Assembly: GCA_963665235.2 (NCBI GenBank)
Contig: CAXXLX010000001.1
Span: 256,001 to 320,000 of the forward strand
DNA from: Candidatus Poribacteria bacterium
GTDB taxonomy: Bacteria; Poribacteria; WGA-4E; WGA-3G
Reading direction: 5' to 3'
DNA length: 64,000 bases
Shown here: positions 58,148 to 64,000 of the stretch, piece after piece
How the letters are laid out: the number at the start of each line of letters is the position of its first letter
Numbering within the stretch: the first letter of the stretch is position 1
Position numbers and translations under genes: made by a program
Notes under the pieces: generated by a model
The model's database searches: none
The model's input: the letters and a program-made list of their open reading frames with translations, nothing else
Told to the model about the DNA's origin: nothing

Positions 58148-59188
58148 ATGAAAAATAAAAAAACTTCAGACATTCCCGGTAGCGTGCCTACCCTCACAGC
58201 AAATGATTTAAAATCCGATCAGGATGTACGCTGGTGCCCCCGATGTGGTGATTACTCTATCCTCGCCCAAACACGACGTATCATGCCAAAATTGGGTATT
58301 CGCAAAGAGAACATCGTCTTTATCTCCGGAATCGGATGCTCCAGCAGGTTCCCTTACTATATGAATACCTACGGATTTCATACCATCCACGGGAGAGCTC
58401 CAACTATCGCATCCGGGCTGAAAATGGCAAATCCTGAACTCTCTGTCTGGGTTATCACAGGAGACGGGGACGCGCTCTCCATCGGCGGAAACCATTTCAT
58501 CCATCTTATGCGCCGGAACTTCGATATCAACGTCCTTCTCTTTAATAACCGTATTTACGGATTGACCAAAGGGCAATACTCCCCTACATCGGAGCAGGGA
58601 AAAAAGACAAAGTCAAGTCCGTTCGGTTCACTTGAATCCCCCTTTAATCCGCTTAGCCTTGCTTTAGCTGCCGGTGCTACCTTTGTAGCGCGTTCAATTG
58701 ACATTGATTCCACACATCTGCAATCCACAATTGAAGCCGCACACGCTCATAAAGGCACATCTTTCATCGAAATATACCAAGACTGTTATGTCTTTAACCC
58801 GAAAACCTTCGAGCTCTATACCAATAAGGATACGAAAACAGATAATATTGTTCGACTTGAACACGGTGAACAGCTTCGCTTCGGAAAAGAGAATCAATAT
58901 GGTATTCGGTTGAAAGACTTTCAACCTGAAGTTGTCACAGTCACAGACGATAATGAAAATGAGCTTATTCGTCACAATCAAGAGGCCCAGAATACGACAT
59001 TGGCGAACTGCCTCGCCCGCATGAGCGATATACAGGACATGCCGCACCCCATCGGTATCTTCCGTAGCGTCCAACAGCCCTGCTACGAAGATATGATGAC
59101 TGACCAGATTGATTTAGCAAAACAGCAGAGAGGCGAAGGCGACCTTGAAGCTGTTCTCAATGCCGGGGATACCTGGGTCGTAGAATAA
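58148..59188 (+). CDS. korB: 2-oxoacid:ferredoxin oxidoreductase beta subunit
   Basis: WCPRCGD, SGIGCSS, HGRA, GDGD, YGLTKGQYSPT. Confidence 0.95.
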   Translation: MKNKKTSDIPGSVPTLTANDLKSDQDVRWCPRCGDYSILAQTRRIMPKLGIRKENIVFISGIGCSSRFPYYMNTYGFHTIHGRAPTIASGLKMANPELSVWVITGDGDALSIGGNHFIHLMRRNFDINVLLFNNRIYGLTKGQYSPTSEQGKKTKSSPFGSLESPFNPLSLALAAGATFVARSIDIDSTHLQSTIEAAHAHKGTSFIEIYQDCYVFNPKTFELYTNKDTKTDNIVRLEHGEQLRFGKENQYGIRLKDFQPEVVTVTDDNENELIRHNQEAQNTTLANCLARMSDIQDMPHPIGIFRSVQQPCYEDMMTDQIDLAKQQRGEGDLEAVLNAGDTWVVE

Positions 59189-59209
59189 CAGACAGTAGAC
59201 AGCCCCACC

Positions 59210-59244
59210 GTTTGTATGCGCGCTTCCAAAGCGCGCATACAAAC
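59210..59244. terminator. Perfect 16-bp hairpin after korB
   Basis: GTTTGTATGCGCGCTT-CCA-AAGCGCGCATACAAAC. Confidence 0.7.
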
Positions 59245-59385
59245 ACACTCCTAATCCGCGACACAGACAAAAAACCTCCCTCAAAAAACACACCCCTTTA
59301 CACCGGTTTTGTACACCCTATCAAACTAAATTCATTTGACAACACCCCTAATATTTGGTTAAAATAGTAGAGGTGATTCAAACGC

Positions 59386-61806
59386 GTGAAAACAGGGAGC
59401 CGAAGTTATCGGAGTATCATGATTTACAAAACCTTTTCGTACTGGCTGTGGTTTGCAAGCTTTGGAATATTGGCATTAGTCCTTGCCAACGTGCCGCTAT
59501 TTGATATCCTTGCCTTTGAGTTTTGCGCTGTCGTGACACTCGGCATCGCCTTCGCGGGTGCGCATGTCGCAATAACGACACTACAAGCGATGAAACGTGC
59601 CCCAGATGCCCTAGTAGGTCCCCCCGGACACATTGTGCTGCGATGTTTCTGGCGAGCCCTTGTGGCTAACATGCTCTTACTGTTAATAGCCCTCGGCATC
59701 ATCCTGCTCAATGCGTTTCGTGTCAAAAATTGCAACTTCGGCGAGGGGTTTCTGTTTTTCCTTATCTTGCCGACACTGAGTTGTGGCACAGCCACGGCAT
59801 CAGGCATCCTTTTCGGGCTGTGGATTGAAAGACGTTGGCTCACATATCTTACATATATAGGGTTTCTGCTGCTTTCATGCGTGCCTGTGCTTATCAATCT
59901 GATATTTCATCCGCCAGTGTTTGCATATCATGCAATGCTCGGATATTTTCCCGGACCGATTTACGACTTTGTCGTTTCGATAACGACACCCCTACTGCTT
60001 GCAAGGGCGGAAACAGTAATATGGACGTGCCTGCTCTTAAGTCTCGCTACCAATGTGTGTGAAATTAACCGTGAAACAGCATTGCTTCCGCGTCTCAGGT
60101 GGCGTAACCTTTTAGCACGTATACCTATAGCGGATTTCCCAAAGCGTGCAGTGCTATGTCTCTTAATTGTCGTCTTGGGAGGCTTTCAACTCTACGCTGG
60201 CAAATTAGGAACACGATTGTCACGGGGGGATATCGAACGGGAATTGGGCGGTTACCACGAAACAGCGAATTTTGAAATCTACTATGCACGCGAACTTGTG
60301 GGAGAAATTGAACGGATTGCCAACGATTGTGAATTTCAGTACAGCCAACTGGCCGCCTATTTCGGGACAGAAATTTCCCGGAAAGTCCGCGCGTATATCT
60401 ACAGGTCCCCTGAACAGAAAAAACGGTTGATTGGCGCAGGCGACACATCTGTGGAAGACCCCTTCGGGTACGGATTTCATATCCACACACAGGGGCAACG
60501 CCATCTTGCAATAACCCATCCGGTGCTCAAACATGAATTGGCACATGTGTTGACAGCGGACTGGTCCCCTTGGAAGTTCAGTTTGAGCATAGGACTTCAC
60601 GAGGGCATTGCTGTCGCTGCGGACTGGAATGAAGGCCGCCTCACCGGGCATCAATGGGCAAAAGCGATGCGTGAGTTGAAGGTCGCGCCACCGCTTTCAG
60701 GCATCATGGGTATAGGACTCGGATTTTGGGGACATTCAGGGTCGCGGAGCTATCTGCTCGCAGGGTCATTCGTGCGGTTTATCGTTGATACCTACGGCAT
60801 AGAAAAACTGATAAGCATTTTTCCGACAGGTAATTTCGCCAAGGGATACGGCAAGAGCTTGGAAACGTTAGAGACGGAGTGGCTCGAATTTTTGAAAAAC
60901 GTTCCTTTGAAAGACGAGGATTTGGGTTACGCTACCAACCGCCTAAAGCGGCGCGGCATCTTTGAACGGGTATGTGCCCATGAAATAGCAGCATTGCGAG
61001 ATAACGCCTGGCACGCGTACTCCGAACGTAATTTTGAGACTGCCGTAAAAATGTTTGAACGCATGCTATCCGCTGAACCGGAAAATTCTATACACCTACG
61101 GGGCTTAATGTTCAGCGAATATCAACGTGGGAATTATGAACGTGCTGCCGCACTTGCAAAACGTATCGGCACAGATGAAAACGCCTTCTATAGAGCCGAG
61201 GCATTCCAGCTGCTAGGAGATATCCAGTGGCTGCAAGGCACGCCTGAGGCGGCATCAGTGACCTATACCGAGGCGATGTCGCTTGCCCCTCGCGAAACGA
61301 TTGAACGGAGCATCATCAAAAGGCGGATAGTCCTTTCAAAAACGCGCCCCCCCGAATCCCGTGAAAATCTCCGGCGCGTTCTCATATCGGGGGACCACAC
61401 CACGCGTATCGGCAGTGGCGCGAAAATGGAGCTGCTACAGCGCGTCATCGAAGCGGAACCGGAGGAAGGGTTAGCCTATCTGTTAGCAGGTGAGCTGCTT
61501 CATAAAGAGGGCGCGTGGCAGCTGAGCACAGAATACCTCCGCCAAGCGGTAACAGTAGGTAAAATAGAAATGTTAAAAAGAGCAGCCCCACAACTTGCAT
61601 TAGAAGCACGAAGGTTAATCGGTATCAATTCATATCATCAGGAAGCGTACCAAATTGCCGAGGACGTGTTTTCAGCTATCGCCGCTGACACAGCATTACC
61701 TCTCGGAACCGTGCTTTCCGCACAAGAGTGGATACAAAGATGCCGATGGGCCCGAAAAATGCAGCTGGGACTCGAGAGAACAAGGCACACAAATCACACA
61801 CGGTAA
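59386..61806 (+). CDS. Multi-TM membrane protein with gluzincin (peptidase MA-like) domain and C-terminal TPRs
   Basis: Several TM helices; HELAH followed by HEGIA; TPR-like helices. Confidence 0.75.
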   Translation: MKTGSRSYRSIMIYKTFSYWLWFASFGILALVLANVPLFDILAFEFCAVVTLGIAFAGAHVAITTLQAMKRAPDALVGPPGHIVLRCFWRALVANMLLLLIALGIILLNAFRVKNCNFGEGFLFFLILPTLSCGTATASGILFGLWIERRWLTYLTYIGFLLLSCVPVLINLIFHPPVFAYHAMLGYFPGPIYDFVVSITTPLLLARAETVIWTCLLLSLATNVCEINRETALLPRLRWRNLLARIPIADFPKRAVLCLLIVVLGGFQLYAGKLGTRLSRGDIERELGGYHETANFEIYYARELVGEIERIANDCEFQYSQLAAYFGTEISRKVRAYIYRSPEQKKRLIGAGDTSVEDPFGYGFHIHTQGQRHLAITHPVLKHELAHVLTADWSPWKFSLSIGLHEGIAVAADWNEGRLTGHQWAKAMRELKVAPPLSGIMGIGLGFWGHSGSRSYLLAGSFVRFIVDTYGIEKLISIFPTGNFAKGYGKSLETLETEWLEFLKNVPLKDEDLGYATNRLKRRGIFERVCAHEIAALRDNAWHAYSERNFETAVKMFERMLSAEPENSIHLRGLMFSEYQRGNYERAAALAKRIGTDENAFYRAEAFQLLGDIQWLQGTPEAASVTYTEAMSLAPRETIERSIIKRRIVLSKTRPPESRENLRRVLISGDHTTRIGSGAKMELLQRVIEAEPEEGLAYLLAGELLHKEGAWQLSTEYLRQAVTVGKIEMLKRAAPQLALEARRLIGINSYHQEAYQIAEDVFSAIAADTALPLGTVLSAQEWIQRCRWARKMQLGLERTRHTNHTR

Positions 61807-61815
61807 GGAGAAAGT

Positions 61816-63735
61816 ATGAAACTTTTTGTTCCAGGGCGCATTTGCCTATTCGGTGAACATAGTGATTGGGCAGGCCGTTATCGGCAAGATAACGCCGATA
61901 TTGAGAAAGGCTACACCCTAATCACGAGCACGAACCAGGGGGTCTACGCGGAGGTCAAACCGCACCCGACAAATCTCATTTTAAAGACAAGCCTCAGCGA
62001 TGGAACGCGCCACGGGCCCTATACGTTACCGATGGAGCCTGCTGCGCTTCTAGCTGAAGCGGAGAAGGGCAGTTTTTTCAGTTACGCCGCAGGAGTCGCC
62101 TATCAGATTTTGACGAACTACCGCGTCCAAGGACTGGAAATTGATAACTATCTGACCGATTTACCTGTCAAAAAAGGGCTCTCCTCCAGTGCAGCGATAT
62201 GTGTTTTGGTTGCCCGCGCCTTCAACAGAATATATGACCTCAAAATGACAACACGCGGCGAAATGGAATACGCCTATCGCGGCGAAACCACCACACCCTC
62301 ACGGTGTGGCAGAATGGACCAGGGCTGCGCATACCAACATCCCATTCTCATGAGCTTCGATAGAGAACACATCGACGTTAGCGAATTCAGCGTTTCCAAC
62401 AATCTTTACCTCGTTATCGTTGACCTAGGGGCCGGTAAAGACACCCGACTCATATTGAATCAGCTCCATCACTGTTATCCGTTTGCTGAAAACGAACTAC
62501 AACGAAACGTACAGCACTATCTCGGTCCCCTAAACGCCGAAATTACGGAGGCAGCATATCAAGCATTACGTCGGGGGGATGCCGAAGCAGTTGGCAAATT
62601 GATGACACGCGCCCAACAGGAATTTGATAAACATCTAATACCTGCATGCCCATCACAATTGACAGCACCGGTACTACACAAAGTTCTGAATTATGAACCG
62701 ATTCAACCTTATATCTGGGGCGGTAAGGGAGTCGGCTCACAAGGGGACGGGTCAGCACAATTCATTGTCAAAGACGAAGAAAGCCAACGGCGGGTGATTG
62801 AAATTATCGAACGCGATTTGCAAATGTCCTGTCTGAAATTGATTATTGAGGCCGGCAGGCATGTCCGAAAAGCCATCATTCCTGCTGCTGGGTTTGGCAC
62901 CCGGTTATTTCCTGCTTCAAAAGCAATCAAGAAAGAACTTTTTCCGGTCATAGACCGGACCGGACGCGCAAAACCCGCAATCATGGCAATCGTCGAAGAA
63001 GCGGTGAATGCCGGCATCGAAGAGGTCTGCCTCATCGTACAGCGGGGGGACACCGAGCTGTTCGAATCCTTTTTCAAAAGCGCACCCCCGATTGAACACT
63101 TTAACAAACTCAGCAAGGAAAATAAGGCATACTGCGAATACCTTATAGAACTCGGAAGCCGAGTCACGTTAATTACACAAGACGTTCAGGATGGGTTCGG
63201 ACACGCAGTCTATTGTGCCCGAGAGTGGGTCGACAATGAACCGTTTCTGCTGATGCTCGGCGACCACCTCTACGGCTCTGATGAACCCAGCTCCTGCGCA
63301 AGACAGGTCCTAGACGCTTATGAACAGGTCGGGCATAGTGTCGTCGGGTTAAAAGAGACACCGATTGAAGAGCTATCCAACTTCGGATGCGTTACAGGCG
63401 TATGGACAAAAGAGCGGGAAATGCTATCCGTAACAGAGTTTTATGAAAAACCTGATGCAAAATACGCCCGGGAACATCTACACATAGATGGCATGGATGC
63501 CGACCGTTTTCTCACAGTGTTCGGCATCTATGTGATTCAACCACAGATTTTTGAATTCCTTGAACAGAATATCGCACATAACATTCGGGAACGCGGTGAA
63601 TTCCAACTCACCTCCTGTTTAGACGAGTTGCGAAAAGCGGACGGATTTTCCGGTTACGTCGTAAAGGGACGGCGATTTGACATCGGAATCCCTGAGGAGT
63701 ATAGGCAAACAGTTATCGACTTCAAGAATGCCTAG
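61816..63735 (+). CDS. GHMP sugar kinase fused to GalU-like sugar-1-phosphate nucleotidyltransferase
   Basis: PGRICLFGEHSD, PVKKGLSSSAA, CGRMDQ; then IIPAAGFGTRLFP, GFGHAV, LGD, EKP, GEFQLT. Confidence 0.9.
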   Translation: MKLFVPGRICLFGEHSDWAGRYRQDNADIEKGYTLITSTNQGVYAEVKPHPTNLILKTSLSDGTRHGPYTLPMEPAALLAEAEKGSFFSYAAGVAYQILTNYRVQGLEIDNYLTDLPVKKGLSSSAAICVLVARAFNRIYDLKMTTRGEMEYAYRGETTTPSRCGRMDQGCAYQHPILMSFDREHIDVSEFSVSNNLYLVIVDLGAGKDTRLILNQLHHCYPFAENELQRNVQHYLGPLNAEITEAAYQALRRGDAEAVGKLMTRAQQEFDKHLIPACPSQLTAPVLHKVLNYEPIQPYIWGGKGVGSQGDGSAQFIVKDEESQRRVIEIIERDLQMSCLKLIIEAGRHVRKAIIPAAGFGTRLFPASKAIKKELFPVIDRTGRAKPAIMAIVEEAVNAGIEEVCLIVQRGDTELFESFFKSAPPIEHFNKLSKENKAYCEYLIELGSRVTLITQDVQDGFGHAVYCAREWVDNEPFLLMLGDHLYGSDEPSSCARQVLDAYEQVGHSVVGLKETPIEELSNFGCVTGVWTKEREMLSVTEFYEKPDAKYAREHLHIDGMDADRFLTVFGIYVIQPQIFEFLEQNIAHNIRERGEFQLTSCLDELRKADGFSGYVVKGRRFDIGIPEEYRQTVIDFKNA

Positions 63736-63763
63736 CTACGCCCCTCCATCCGCCAAATTTAAC

Positions 63764-63792
63764 TTGCATTTTGCCAAAAAATAGCGTATAAT
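63764..63792 (+). promoter_or_regulatory. Sigma70-type promoter
   Basis: TTGCAT-N17-TATAAT. Confidence 0.65.
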
Positions 63793-63869
63793 TAAAACGT
63801 TTTGTAAAGACAGGCACAAATTGACTACGAAAAAACGTTTAGATTAGGTGTTACCAAACGGAGGATAAA

Positions 63870-64000
63870 TTGCTATTATCAGATAAGAAATGGTATTTTT
63901 GGAGCGTTGTCACAATAATCGTGGGCATCGTCCTCTTAATACCTTTGACTACCAACGCAGCTGAACTCAAGGTAGTCGTTCAAGATGAAAACGGGAGTGC
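63870..64000 (+). CDS. 5' fragment of a secreted protein (runs off window)
   Basis: GGAGGA RBS, TTG start, signal peptide MLLSDKKWYFWSVVTIIVGIVLLIPLTTNA then AELKVVVQDENGS. Confidence 0.65.
   Translation, partial: MLLSDKKWYFWSVVTIIVGIVLLIPLTTNAAELKVVVQDENGS

Noticed and set aside
1-64000. tRNA, rRNA, integrase, transposase or prophage genes
   Set aside because: No such motifs were recognised by eye; a covariance-model scan would be needed to exclude small RNAs.

Overview
Gene-dense bacterial chromosomal window (standard code, sigma70-like promoters). It is most likely from Candidatus Poribacteria or a relative; this is inferred from the exported proteins ending in KLxTTWGxLK, the LRR/FG-GAP proteins with dockerin plus NYPNPFNPETWIPYQL tails, and the sulfatase, sulfotransferases, PhyH and LamG content. 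It holds two separated blocks of sulfated-glycan genes (4 sulfotransferases, Wzy-like polymerase, MurJ-type flippase, epimerase, GT4, glycoside hydrolase, Tat sulfatase), an SSS-kdsB-pyrG-larA-like-Tm1-like-phyH operon, tandem methyltransferases, tandem TonB-dependent receptors, a Hen1/Pnkp RNA-repair pair, an aroQ/degT-ykgJ-DUF2156-thiN-like run, CBS-CBS-korAB and a GHMP kinase-nucleotidyltransferase fusion. I saw no rRNA, tRNA, CRISPR array, transposase or integrase. The most notable signals read directly from the sequence are: (1) a short C-terminal tag shared by three unrelated secreted proteins; (2) a 15-bp direct repeat bracketing the methyltransferase pair at the end of one tagged gene; (3) a near-identical translation-start module on unrelated glycan genes; (4) a 33-bp motif upstream of both glycan blocks; (5) a 165-bp higher-order tandem repeat that copies the epimerase start; (6) heptamer-armed palindromes that supply stop codons to neighbouring genes. 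All calls come from motif recognition by eye; no database search was run.
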